In this document: positions 9,209 through 18,849 of the stretch, in pieces
Layout: the number at the start of each line of letters is the position of its first letter
Numbering within the stretch: the first letter of the stretch is position 1
Assembly (NCBI GenBank): GCA_963754315.1
Contig: CAVWFS010000018.1
Coordinates: 160,001-224,000, forward strand
Length of the DNA: 64,000 bases
Origin: an uncultured Candidatus Rokubacteria bacterium
GTDB taxonomy: Bacteria > Methylomirabilota > Methylomirabilia > Rokubacteriales > CSP1-6
Reading direction: 5' to 3'
Made by a program: the position numbers and the translations under genes
Notes under the pieces: model-generated
Seen by the model: the letters and a program-made list of their open reading frames with translations, nothing else
Told to the model about the DNA's origin: nothing
Database searches by the model: none

Positions 9209-10512
9209 GAGGCGAACGGCACCCACGCGATGGGAACTCCGGCGTCGGACTGGCGCGCTTTCTCGGTGGCCGTGATCCAGCTCTCGCCCTCCGGCAACAG
9301 GATCGAGGCGGGCCGCACGCGGCAGAGGGTCGGGTCGTCCACGTTGGCGGGCACCGCTCCCTCGTCGCGTAGCGCCCGAGCGGCGTTGATCAGCTGACGC
9401 CGCGCGAAGATCACCATGGCGTCCGTGGTGCCGAGGTGTTCCTGCGTACGGTCGTAAATCGGGCCCATCGTCTCGGTCATGGCCCGATCTTGGAGGTTGA
9501 CCAGGAAAGGGATACCGAGCACGAGGTCCGTCCTCTGCAGCTCGTAGTCGACGAGATAGTCGTTGTGCAGGTTGGCCTTGGTGTAGTAGCGCGTGCGCGG
9601 ATCGCTGGTCGGCGTGAGGTAGCCACCCCAGGTGGCGAACGGATCGACAAGGCGCTGACGCTCCTCGTCGGTCACCGGCCGGTCCAGCCGGGCGCGAATG
9701 GCGAACTGCAGATTGTAGTGATCATCCAGCGGCACCCACGCCCGTGCGTGGACGATGTTGGGATCGCTGGCGGCGATCATCGTGAAGAAGGGCAGGACAA
9801 ACTGCGTGATGCGGTGCCAGTACAGGCCGTCGACGTCCGCGCGCCGCCGGGCCGAGTAGCATGCGCCATAGTCGGTGGGGAGCACCTCCAAGCGTGGCCG
9901 TTTGTCGCGGTGGAACGTTCCGCGCTGCGAGCTCTCCGCCCGCAGCTTGGCGTGGACGAAGTCGATGTGCGAGGAGTCGATGTCACCCTCGAGGGCCTGC
10001 ATCCAGTTGCACTCCTCCAACATCAGGTGGGGTGGGTAGACGTACTCGGGTGGCAGGGTATTGATCTCGAACGCTGGGAGCGGCGGCGGTGTCTCCCGCG
10101 GCCCCATATAGACCCAGATCACACCGTTCACGTCCCGGCAGGGATACGCCCGCGCGCGGACCTTGTCCCTGAAGCTGCTCTCCTCTGGCTCGTTGGGCAT
10201 GTCCAGGCAGCGGCCATCCACGTCGAACTTCCAGCCGTGGTAAGCGCAGCGCAATCCGCACTCCTCGTTGCGCCCGAAGAAGAGCGACGCCCCGCGGTGC
10301 GGGCAGTTGGCGGCGAGCAGCCCAACCTCACCTCGCGTATTTCGGAACGCCACCAGATCCTCGCCGAGCAGACGCACCTTCTTCGGGGGTCCGTCGGGAG
10401 TCGGTAACTCGGCGGAGGGGAGACCTGGCATCCAGTATTGGCGTAACAGATCGCCCATTGGCGTGCCCCGCCCAATCCGGCACAGCAGCTCGTTGTCCTC
10501 TTTCGAGAGCAT
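9205..10512 (-). CDS. Rieske non-heme iron oxygenase, phthalate 4,5-dioxygenase/LigX-like
   Basis: CPHRGASL...CAYHGWKF Rieske motif. NWMQALEGDIDSSHIDFVH mononuclear Fe motif. QDRAM...EHLGTTD. Confidence 0.92.
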   Translation of the reverse strand: MLSKEDNELLCRIGRGTPMGDLLRQYWMPGLPSAELPTPDGPPKKVRLLGEDLVAFRNTRGEVGLLAANCPHRGASLFFGRNEECGLRCAYHGWKFDVDGRCLDMPNEPEESSFRDKVRARAYPCRDVNGVIWVYMGPRETPPPLPAFEINTLPPEYVYPPHLMLEECNWMQALEGDIDSSHIDFVHAKLRAESSQRGTFHRDKRPRLEVLPTDYGACYSARRRADVDGLYWHRITQFVLPFFTMIAASDPNIVHARAWVPLDDHYNLQFAIRARLDRPVTDEERQRLVDPFATWGGYLTPTSDPRTRYYTKANLHNDYLVDYELQRTDLVLGIPFLVNLQDRAMTETMGPIYDRTQEHLGTTDAMVIFARRQLINAARALRDEGAVPANVDDPTLCRVRPASILLPEGESWITATEKARQSDAGVPIAWVPFAS

Positions 10513-10752
10513 CGTCGCCGTCTCCTCTTCGCTTCCCGTTGGCCAGCTCACCGAGCCAGGACGCCGCCCGCCTTCCGCTCAGCGTGCCCGGCACTCAAAA
10601 TGGTAGCAGAAACATCGGAAGGCGTCGTTGTCACGAATCCAAGTCCCCGTGGTTCGCATCAAAGCGCAAGCGCGGTCGGACCCCGCTTCACGCCGGCTCG
10701 GAATCCCTCGACGATGGAGGTCGCATCCCAACATTGGAGGGATAGAGTCGAC

Positions 10753-11184
10753 ATGGCAAAGCGAATTCTTGTCCCGCTCGACGACGCCGAGTCGAGCGAG
10801 GAGATCATTCCTGTGGTGTCGGCGCTGGCGTCGGGGGCCGGGTCAAGCGTGCGGCTGCTGCGCATCGAGCCCGTGCCGGAACGGGTGATGGGCCCTGCTG
10901 GCCGTACGATTGCCTACGTCGATCAGGAGATGGATCGTCTGACGGCGCAAGGTCTTCGGGACTTGAGCCGCCACCAAGCCCGGTTCGCCGGAGTACCGGT
11001 CGAGAGCACGGTCCGCTTCGGCGAGCCCGTGGAGGAGATCCTCCTCGAGAGCGAAGCATTCGACGCCGATCTCATTGCCCTGGTCACCTCGAACCGCAGT
11101 AGGTTGCGCAGCGCGCTCTCGCCTGACGTTGCCGAGCGGGTGATGCGCAAGGCCTCGACGCCGGCGTTGATTCTCCGGGTGTGA
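10753..11184 (+). CDS. Universal stress protein
   Basis: MAKRILVPLD, VRFGEPVEEIL, ADLIAL, VAERVMRKASTPALI. Confidence 0.85.
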   Translation: MAKRILVPLDDAESSEEIIPVVSALASGAGSSVRLLRIEPVPERVMGPAGRTIAYVDQEMDRLTAQGLRDLSRHQARFAGVPVESTVRFGEPVEEILLESEAFDADLIALVTSNRSRLRSALSPDVAERVMRKASTPALILRV

Positions 11185-11231
11185 TCGCCAGCGACGGGAC
11201 TGAAGCGCCTTGAAGTGAGCCCCGCCGCCCC

Positions 11232-12476
11232 TCACAGGGGCATCTTGACGATGCGGCCATTGGCCTCGACGTACCACCGCTCGCTCGGGAACGTCCGGCC
11301 GTTGAGGGTGGCCGCCATCCAGTCCGCCATGAGCACCGGCGGATAGGGGCCGAGGTTGGCGGCGGGGACGTTGCCCACTGAGTGGCGCGAATCCTGATAG
11401 ACCACCAGGCGCTTCGGCCCCGCCAGCGCCCTCATGAGCCGCTCGGTATGCTCAATCGGCGAGAGCTCATCGGCCTCGCCGGCCAGGCAAAGATACGGCG
11501 CGCGGATCCTGTCGGCGTGCCCTTCCCAGGTCATGCGGCGGCGGAACTCGTCGAAGAGGGCCTCGTCCGTGATGCCGGACATGTACATGAAGCGCATCTT
11601 GAACGTCGGCGAGGCCTCTTCAAAGATCGTGTGGAAGCCCGGTTCGTGGCAGACGGATGCCACCGCCACTGCCCGCAGCCGCGGCTCGTGGGCGGCGGCA
11701 ATCGTGCCGAAGAATGACCCAAAGCTGGTCCCGCTCAGGCCGATGCGAGCGGGGTCGATCTCGGACCGTCGGGTCAGCCAGTCCACCGCGGCGGCGCCGG
11801 TGGCCATCCAGGCCGGCATGCTGAAATAGATCTCAAGCAGCGGACTCTCGTACTGGCCCGGCCCGTCCAGAGCGAGCACGGCCATACCTCGCGACAGCCA
11901 ACGGTCGCCGTACAGCGCGACCCCCATCTCCTTGAAACTGTCCATGCCAGGCAGCGACACCACCGCCGGAATCGATTCGCCCCGATAGCCCGGCGGCAAA
12001 TGAAACCACGCCGGTAGCGACCGGCCATCCGGAAGGGGAACCCACGCCGCCTCGACCTGGTGGTCAGCGAGGGCGGCGTACTTCGTGAAGCAGGCGCGCT
12101 TACGCGCGTTGTAGAGACGGTTCTGTGCGTTGTTCTCGTCGATCGGCCACTGGGCGGCGCCCCAGTGAATGCTGGCCATGAAGTAGTTCTCGCGGGCGGT
12201 GACGAGGTCCTGGATTTGCTCGGCCGCCTCCGCCTTGTCCTGCCGGCGACGGGCAACCGCCTCGAAGGCCGGGGAGGCGTCGGCGAGCTTCGTGATGCGC
12301 TGACGTAGGCCTGCAAAGTCGGCACTGGCTTCGGGGCCGCAGGGAGCGGACAGATAGATCGAGCGTGGTTGGTCCCAATCCATCCCCACCGATCGGATCG
12401 TGTTGTCGAGCAACCAGCGCTGCGCAGTCCAGCGGCGGGTGAGGGGATGCACGGGCGCCGTCTCCGGTGGTCCCAT
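11232..12476 (-). CDS. Alpha/beta hydrolase, FrsA / 2,6-dihydroxypseudooxynicotine hydrolase-like
   Basis: PGMDSFKE, DGPGQYES, GTSFGS nucleophile motif, GEADELSP, H. Confidence 0.8.
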   Translation of the reverse strand: MGPPETAPVHPLTRRWTAQRWLLDNTIRSVGMDWDQPRSIYLSAPCGPEASADFAGLRQRITKLADASPAFEAVARRRQDKAEAAEQIQDLVTARENYFMASIHWGAAQWPIDENNAQNRLYNARKRACFTKYAALADHQVEAAWVPLPDGRSLPAWFHLPPGYRGESIPAVVSLPGMDSFKEMGVALYGDRWLSRGMAVLALDGPGQYESPLLEIYFSMPAWMATGAAAVDWLTRRSEIDPARIGLSGTSFGSFFGTIAAAHEPRLRAVAVASVCHEPGFHTIFEEASPTFKMRFMYMSGITDEALFDEFRRRMTWEGHADRIRAPYLCLAGEADELSPIEHTERLMRALAGPKRLVVYQDSRHSVGNVPAANLGPYPPVLMADWMAATLNGRTFPSERWYVEANGRIVKMPL

Positions 12477-12483
12477 GCTTCCG

Positions 12484-13323
12484 TCAGCGGCGCTGATGAA
12501 TGCCGGCCCCCATCACGTAGTCGTGCAGGTTAGCTACGTTCATCTGCATCACCCGGGGCGCCATACCCTCTTGCTCGACGTCCATCGGATAGCGGTCCGT
12601 CAGCGCGGTGAGGTCGGCGACACACTGGTCCTTTGTCATCCCACGCTCGATTCCCTTGCGCACGTAGTCCACCCACTCCCGGATGAACGCGTCCTGTTCG
12701 TTCAGGTACCGCTTGTCGCAGACGGGGCCGTGACCGGGAACGAGGGTCTCGGCGCGTAGCTCGCGCAGAGACCCGAGGGCCTGCGACCACAGGTCAGGGT
12801 CGGCTTCCTGGAGCCAGGTGTGCACCTTGCAGAAGACGTTGTCGCTGGTGAAGACGACACCTTCTTCCTCGACGACGACGGCGGCCTGGTAGGGCGTATG
12901 GCCCGGCATGTTGATCATGCGGAAGGTGTGATTGCCCACGTGGAGCGTCATCTCGCTCTGGAAGGTGATGACCGGCGCATTGGCGCGGTAACCCTCGAGG
13001 AGTCGGGGCTCGTCCGGTCCAAAGGTCGCGACCCGCGCCAGGTGGGCTGTCATGTCGGTCTCTAAGATTCGCGAGCGCACTCCTTCGTGCGCCACGACGG
13101 GGACGTCGAAGAAGGCGTTGGCCGTCCAGTGATCGCCGTGTGGCTCCGTGTTCAGGATGTACCGAAGCGGACCGCGCCGCGCGATGTCGGCTTTAAGCCG
13201 CAGGGCATCGCTCGGCTTGTGCGGCCCGTCGATCATGACCAAGCCATCGGAGGTGGTGACCAGCCCGTGATTGGACCCGCGTTGCTCGGTCTCGACGAAA
13301 ACGTTGGCCGTGAGCTGCTTCAT
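12484..13323 (-). CDS. Metallo-beta-lactamase-fold hydrolase
   Basis: NTEPHGDHW (variant HxHxDH), PGHT, FTSD, VPGHG. Confidence 0.88.
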   Translation of the reverse strand: MKQLTANVFVETEQRGSNHGLVTTSDGLVMIDGPHKPSDALRLKADIARRGPLRYILNTEPHGDHWTANAFFDVPVVAHEGVRSRILETDMTAHLARVATFGPDEPRLLEGYRANAPVITFQSEMTLHVGNHTFRMINMPGHTPYQAAVVVEEEGVVFTSDNVFCKVHTWLQEADPDLWSQALGSLRELRAETLVPGHGPVCDKRYLNEQDAFIREWVDYVRKGIERGMTKDQCVADLTALTDRYPMDVEQEGMAPRVMQMNVANLHDYVMGAGIHQRR

Positions 13324-13338
13324 GGGGCTCCTCCAGGC

Positions 13339-13686
13339 TCAGCGAGTTGGCCAGGCGCTGACCGGCTCCGGATGCCGATCCGTCCCCGCCTGGACGCGAT
13401 AGAGAACCATACGGGTCAGACTCTGGACTCGATGCACCTCACCCGCGCGAAAGATGACGGTGGCGCCGGGGCCCAGTCGCATCTCCTTGTGTCCGTCGTT
13501 GAAGAGGCCCTCGCCCTCCAGGACGTAGTAGATCTCGTCAGCTCCCGGATGGGAGTGGATGGGCGAGGTCTGCCCCGGCTCCCAGCCGACCACGCTGATC
13601 GAGCAGAAAGGGGTCTCGGCCAGGAACTTGTAGACGTGTCGCTCCGACGAGAACTCCCTTGACCCCTGCAGATCGAGAATCTCCAT
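13339..13686 (-). CDS. Cupin domain protein
   Basis: PIHSHPGADEIYYVLEGEG...GEVH. GGAGG RBS before ATG at 13686. Confidence 0.85.
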   Translation of the reverse strand: MEILDLQGSREFSSERHVYKFLAETPFCSISVVGWEPGQTSPIHSHPGADEIYYVLEGEGLFNDGHKEMRLGPGATVIFRAGEVHRVQSLTRMVLYRVQAGTDRHPEPVSAWPTR

Positions 13687-13837
13687 GTCGGCGTCCTCCG
13701 TTGGTAGGAACCCGGGGAGAGCGTAGGCGACCGGCGCGCGTGGTGTCAAACGGGCCCGTCATCCCGCGAATGGCCACAGCGGCAACGCCACCCGTGCTAC
13801 GCTGCGTAGGCAGCAACGGCAGAAAGGAGGAAGCACC

Positions 13838-14110
13838 GTGCCCAAGTTTGTGATCGAGCGCGAGATCGCCGGCGCCGGGAAACTATCCGCTCAAGAGCTC
13901 AAGGGCATCTCCCAGAAGTCGTGCGGGGTTCTGCGCGAGCTGGGTCCCGAAGTGCAGTGGGTCGAGAGCTACGTGACCGACGACAAGGTGTACTGCGTCT
14001 ACGTCGCTCCGAACGAGGAAGCCATCCGGGAGCATGCGCGCCGGGGCGGTTTTCCCGCTAACCGGATCTCCGCCGTCCGGCGGATGATCGACCCGACCAC
14101 CGCGGAGTAG
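13838..14110 (+). CDS. DUF4242 family small protein
   Basis: PKFVIERE, QWVESYVTDDKVYCVYVAPNEEAIREHARRGGFPANRIS. AAGGAGG RBS. Confidence 0.85.
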   Translation: MPKFVIEREIAGAGKLSAQELKGISQKSCGVLRELGPEVQWVESYVTDDKVYCVYVAPNEEAIREHARRGGFPANRISAVRRMIDPTTAE

Positions 14111-14123
14111 CTGCGCCGGAGAA

Positions 14124-15227
14124 CTAGTCCTCGCGAACCGTCACCGAGAGCGCTCCTGTTCGGCAGGTGGCCAAGGTGTAGGTGGCGTAGGGGGCCTGAC
14201 AGGGCGAGCCCTTGGCGGCGTGAAGCTCGCGATTCGTGAGATCGCCGATCACCGAGACGACGGTCTGCAGATTGCGGCCGGGGAACGGGTGGGCGCACAG
14301 GCTGTGGGGCGCGTTCGCATGGTCCCGGTAGAAGCCTTGCAGATCGGCAATCGTGAGCGGCCCCGTGGCGCCGGCCAGGAGTTGCCCGAGGCGCCGCCGG
14401 CGTACCAGCGAGTTTTCCGACGCTTTCTCATAGCCCTCGAACTCGGGCGCTTCCAGATGATTGGCGTGCACGAGGAGGCCATCGCTCGTCCGCAGAACTG
14501 CCGCCTCCTGGCGCAGTGCTTCCACATCGAGGAGCGCTCCCCGGTCGTCGGCGATCAAGAGATTCCGGGACGCCGCGCGCGGCGGCGTCAGGGCGGCCGC
14601 GCAGGCTGACTCGGCGCTCTCGGCACGCAGGGCGAGCCGAGACAAGAGATAACGGGGAAGTCCCGCACCCCATCCGCCCGGGTCGTCGATGAAGTTCGCA
14701 CAGACCCCCACGCCCGCCTCGTTGAGCCCATTGTGGCCAAGGAGGCCCGCGGTCGTGTACAGAAGGGCAGCCGGCGCGCCCGTCGGGTACTGGCGGATGA
14801 TGACACCGAACTCTTCTACGAACGGGACCAGGTCCACGTTTTGACCGAAGAACGTCACGTCGCTCGCGGTGCGCCTTCCGGCGAGACCGAACGTGGTGCA
14901 TTCCAGCGCCGGTACGGCCGCCTTGTTGGCGCGCATGACCTCGGCGCGAGCCTGGAGGATCAGGAGGCGCGAGATCGGGAGGCCTGATCCGTGCGCCATC
15001 CCCTCGAGCTCCTCCCAAAGAAACGGGGCGTGCTCGCGGACCGGTTCGGCGAACGGGGCAGCCGCTTCTTCCACGGCCTGGCGGGAGCAGCCCGTTTCGC
15101 GCATCACGTGTCGTGTCCAGGCGTCGAGATGACGCTCGATGGAGGGCGCAAACATCCGGCCGACCTGATGCCCGATCTCGCCCCACGAGCCCTGAGCGTG
15201 GATGAAGGGAAGGACCGACGGGCTCAT
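14124..15227 (-). CDS. C45-family Ntn hydrolase (isopenicillin-N acyltransferase-like)
   Basis: EIGHQVG, EELEGMA, ECTT (Cys nucleophile), GQNVD, GLNEAGV, HANH. Confidence 0.85.
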   Translation of the reverse strand: MSPSVLPFIHAQGSWGEIGHQVGRMFAPSIERHLDAWTRHVMRETGCSRQAVEEAAAPFAEPVREHAPFLWEELEGMAHGSGLPISRLLILQARAEVMRANKAAVPALECTTFGLAGRRTASDVTFFGQNVDLVPFVEEFGVIIRQYPTGAPAALLYTTAGLLGHNGLNEAGVGVCANFIDDPGGWGAGLPRYLLSRLALRAESAESACAAALTPPRAASRNLLIADDRGALLDVEALRQEAAVLRTSDGLLVHANHLEAPEFEGYEKASENSLVRRRRLGQLLAGATGPLTIADLQGFYRDHANAPHSLCAHPFPGRNLQTVVSVIGDLTNRELHAAKGSPCQAPYATYTLATCRTGALSVTVRED

Positions 15228-15303
15228 ACTCGGCCAGTATGGCAGATCGGCCACGGGGAGGCTAACGGGAGAGGCCGGACACGTGGAGTATGATGCCCGA
15301 GGC

Positions 15304-16173
15304 ATGCCGGGACCGACTTCCCACACATACTTCTCCCAGCGTCTGCGGCTGCACTATGTGGACTGGGGGCATGAAGACCGCCCGCCTCTGCTCTTGATCC
15401 ACGGCGGCCGCGATCACTGTCGCAACTGGGACTGGACGGCGGCAGCCCTCCAGGACGACTACCACGTCATCGCGCCGGACCTCCGGGGGCACGGGGACAG
15501 CCAGTGGTCCTCCGACGGGAGCTACACGATGGCCGGGTACATCTACGATCTCGCCCAGCTCATCCATCAGCAACGATTGGCGCCCGTCACCATCATTGGC
15601 CATTCCCTCGGCGGCAATATCGCGCTTCGCTACGCTGGCATCTATCCGGAGACGGTGGCCAAGCTGGTGGCCCTCGAGGGACTCGGACCGCCGCCGCGCG
15701 TGCTGGCCGAGCACAGGGCCAAGACGATGGCCGAGCGCATGGACGAGTGGATCCGCGAGCAACGCGGTCTCGCGGGCCGCCTGCCCCGGCGCTATGCCTC
15801 GATCGAGGACGCCTTTCATCGCATGCAGGAGGAGAACCCGCATCTATCCGAGGAGCAAGCGCGCCATCTCACCGCTCACGGCGTCAACCAGAACGAGGAT
15901 GGCACGTACAGCTGGAAGTTCGACAACTACGTGCGCGCCTGGCCGCCGTACGACATGAGCGGTAGGGATATCCAGTTCCTGTGGGCGCGGATCAGCTGTC
16001 CCACCTTGCTCGTGTTCGGCAAGGAGAGCTGGTCTGGCAACCCCGCCGAGGATGGTCGAGCCAAGCTCTTCCGGGACCCTGGTGTCGCCGGCATCGACCG
16101 GGCGGGCCACTGGTTGCATCACGATCGTCTGGACGAGTTCCTTCGGATTGTGAGAGAGTTCCTTCTGCGATGA
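15304..16173 (+). CDS. Alpha/beta hydrolase
   Basis: LIHGGRDH, DLRGHGDS, GHSLGG, AGHWLHHD. Confidence 0.9.
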   Translation: MPGPTSHTYFSQRLRLHYVDWGHEDRPPLLLIHGGRDHCRNWDWTAAALQDDYHVIAPDLRGHGDSQWSSDGSYTMAGYIYDLAQLIHQQRLAPVTIIGHSLGGNIALRYAGIYPETVAKLVALEGLGPPPRVLAEHRAKTMAERMDEWIREQRGLAGRLPRRYASIEDAFHRMQEENPHLSEEQARHLTAHGVNQNEDGTYSWKFDNYVRAWPPYDMSGRDIQFLWARISCPTLLVFGKESWSGNPAEDGRAKLFRDPGVAGIDRAGHWLHHDRLDEFLRIVREFLLR

Positions 16174-16445
16174 GTTCTTCTGCGCGCGGGGATGAGAGTC
16201 TGCTCCGGGCCGTCGAGCACCTGGAGACCGGGGCGTGGCAGCAAGCCCACACGATCGTCCAGCAGAATCAGTCGACGCTCGCCGCCTGGCTCCACGGCAT
16301 CGTCCACATTCTCGAGGGCGACCTGGACAACGCGCGAGGCTGGTATCGGCGCGCCGGGCGCCCCTTTCCTGACCCGGGGTCGGTCTCGGCGGAGATCAGC
16401 GCGGCACGGCGCGCGGTGGCCGAGGGGAGCTCGCCCGGAGCCTGA
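16170..16445 (+). CDS. Conserved small helical hypothetical protein
   Basis: WQQAHTIVQ...AAWLHGIVH..EGDLDNARGWYRRAG is a pattern I recognise from a widespread family. ATGA overlap with the upstream gene. Confidence 0.7.
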   Translation: MSSSARGDESLLRAVEHLETGAWQQAHTIVQQNQSTLAAWLHGIVHILEGDLDNARGWYRRAGRPFPDPGSVSAEISAARRAVAEGSSPGA

Positions 16446-16493
16446 AGAGGTGCCGTCGTTCCGCGGCCACGCCCCATCAAGAAGGAGCCGATC

Positions 16494-17675
16494 ATGGATC
16501 TGAACTACTCTGCCGAAGAGCTTGAGTTTCGAGACGAGGTGCGAGCCTGGTTGCGCGCGAACCTGCCCGCTGACCTGCGGCAGAAGGTTGCGAGCTACGA
16601 GGAGCTCACTCGAGACGATCTGCTGCGGTGGCACCGAATCCTCGCCACGAAGGGCTGGGTGGCCCCGGATTGGCCCCTCGAATGGGGGGGCACGGGCTGG
16701 AACGTCGTCCAGCGCTACATCTTCGAGGAGGAGTGTGGGTACGCGGGCACGCCGCCGCTGGTGGCGTTCGGTCTCAGAATGTGCGCTCCGGTGCTGCTGC
16801 GCTTCGGGTCGGAGGCCCAGAAGCAGCGGTTCCTCCCCCGCATCTACAAGGGCGATGACTTCTGGTGTCAGGGGTACTCCGAGCCCGGCTCGGGCTCGGA
16901 CTTGGCATCGCTCAAGACGCGCGCGGTACGGCAGGGAGATCACTACGTGGTGACAGGCCAGAAGATCTGGACCACCATGGCCCAGCACGCCGACTGGATC
17001 TTTTGCCTCGTCCGCACCGACCCCAGCCGCGAAAAGCGCCAGGAGGGCATCTCGTTCCTTTTGATCGATATGCGGACACCCGGCATCACGGTCCGCCCCA
17101 TCACGCTCATGGACGGCGGCCACGAGGTCAACGAAGTGTTCTTCGACGAGGTGAAGGTACCCGTCGAGAACCTCGTGCACGAAGAAGGCAGGGGATGGAC
17201 GGTCGCCAAGTACCTGCTCGGGTACGAGCGCATGGGGACGGGGCGTATTGGGCAGTGCAAGCGCGAGCTGGCACGACTGAAGGAGCTGGCCACCGATCAG
17301 CTGAAGGACGGCAAGGCGCTCCTTACCGACCCACGTTTTCGAGACAAGCTCTCACGCGTCGAGGTGGAGCTGATGGCTCTGGAGATCACCAACCTGCGCT
17401 TTCTCGATCAGATGCGCCGCAGCGGGCGGCCTCCGGGTGCCGACGTGTCGATGCTCAAGATCAAGGGTACCGAGGTCCAGCAAGCCATCACGGAGCTCAT
17501 GATGCAGGCCGCGGGCCCCCTCGCGCAGGCCTTCCGGCCCGTCGACAGCATGGACTTTGATCACTTCACTGCGCGCCTCGCCCCCAGGTATTGCAATCTT
17601 CGCAAGGCCACCATCTATGCTGGATCCAACGAGATCCAGCGCAATATTATCGCGAAGATGACCCTCGGTCTCTAG
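16494..17675 (+). CDS. pimC: Acyl-CoA dehydrogenase, pimeloyl-CoA dehydrogenase large subunit-like
   Basis: WCQGYSEPGSGSDLASL, GQKIWTT, GWTVAKYLL, IYAGSNEIQRNII. Confidence 0.82.
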   Translation: MDLNYSAEELEFRDEVRAWLRANLPADLRQKVASYEELTRDDLLRWHRILATKGWVAPDWPLEWGGTGWNVVQRYIFEEECGYAGTPPLVAFGLRMCAPVLLRFGSEAQKQRFLPRIYKGDDFWCQGYSEPGSGSDLASLKTRAVRQGDHYVVTGQKIWTTMAQHADWIFCLVRTDPSREKRQEGISFLLIDMRTPGITVRPITLMDGGHEVNEVFFDEVKVPVENLVHEEGRGWTVAKYLLGYERMGTGRIGQCKRELARLKELATDQLKDGKALLTDPRFRDKLSRVEVELMALEITNLRFLDQMRRSGRPPGADVSMLKIKGTEVQQAITELMMQAAGPLAQAFRPVDSMDFDHFTARLAPRYCNLRKATIYAGSNEIQRNIIAKMTLGL

Positions 17676-17694
17676 GATAACGCTAGAGAATCCG

Positions 17695-18849
17695 ATGAAC
17701 TTTGACCTGAGCGAGGAGCAGCAGCTTCTTGCCGATACGCTCAGACGTTACTTGAACAATGACTACACCTTCGAGAAGCGGGCGACGATCGTCGCTTCGC
17801 CCTCCGGCTGGAGCGAATCCGTGTGGGCCGCCCTGGCCGACATGGGCATCCTCGGCGTGCCGTTTGCCGAGGAGCATGGCGGCTACGGCGGAAGCAGCGT
17901 GGATATGATGGTTGTGATGGAGGCGCTGGGAGAGGCCTTGGTTGTCGAGCCCTTCATGGCCACGGTGGGGCTCGGCGGCCGGTTCGTTGCCCGTGGCGGA
18001 TCCCCGTCGCAGTGCAAGCGGATCCTCCCTGCCCTCGTGCAGGGCAAGCACCGTCTGGCCTTTGCGCACACCGAGCAGGCAGCCCGCTACGACCTGCGAC
18101 ACGTGGGCACCCGGGCCCGACGCTCGGGCCGCGGCTATGTCCTCGACGGCGAAAAGCGAGCGGTTCTCCACGGCGCCGGCGCCGAGACGCTCGTAGTCTC
18201 TGCGCGCACGGCGGGGGGCGACACCGACGCCAGCGGCATCAGCATCTTCCTGGTCGAGCGCAACACTCCAGGAGTCACCGTCAAGGAATACCGGACCATC
18301 GATGGGCTGCGAGGGGCGGATGTCTGGCTCTCCGAAGTGGCCGTGCCCGAGGAAGCCCTCCTGGGGAGCGAGGGCGCCGCGCTCGCCCTGATCGAGGAGG
18401 TCACGGACTATGGCATCGCGCTGCTCGCGGCCGAGGCCGTCGGGGCCATCCGCTACGCCAACGAAGCGACCCTCGAGTACATCAAGACGCGGCGACAGTT
18501 CGGCGTGCCCATCGGTAGCTTCCAGGTCCTGCAGCACCGCATGGTCGACATGACGATCAGCTACGAGCAAGCGCGCTCCATGGCGTGTCTCGGTTGTGTC
18601 AAGGTGGATACTGCGGAGGCTGCCGAACGCCGGTGGATCGCCTCCGCCGTCAAGATCAAGATCGCGGACGCCTGCCGACACGTGAGCCAGGAAGCCGTGC
18701 AGCTTCATGGTGGGATGGGCATGACGGAGGAGCTTAAGATCAGCCACACGTTCCGCCGGTTGACCATGATCGCGCAGACCCTGGGCGACGCCGAACACCA
18801 CCTCGAACGGTTCGCCGACGCCGAGGCCCGCGGAGCTCGCCGATCCTGA
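17695..18849 (+). CDS. pimD: Acyl-CoA dehydrogenase, pimeloyl-CoA dehydrogenase small subunit-like
   Basis: MNFDLSEEQQLL, RRQFGVPIGSFQVLQHRMVDM, QLHGGMGMTEEL. Paired with a pimC-like gene. Confidence 0.8.
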   Translation: MNFDLSEEQQLLADTLRRYLNNDYTFEKRATIVASPSGWSESVWAALADMGILGVPFAEEHGGYGGSSVDMMVVMEALGEALVVEPFMATVGLGGRFVARGGSPSQCKRILPALVQGKHRLAFAHTEQAARYDLRHVGTRARRSGRGYVLDGEKRAVLHGAGAETLVVSARTAGGDTDASGISIFLVERNTPGVTVKEYRTIDGLRGADVWLSEVAVPEEALLGSEGAALALIEEVTDYGIALLAAEAVGAIRYANEATLEYIKTRRQFGVPIGSFQVLQHRMVDMTISYEQARSMACLGCVKVDTAEAAERRWIASAVKIKIADACRHVSQEAVQLHGGMGMTEELKISHTFRRLTMIAQTLGDAEHHLERFADAEARGARRS

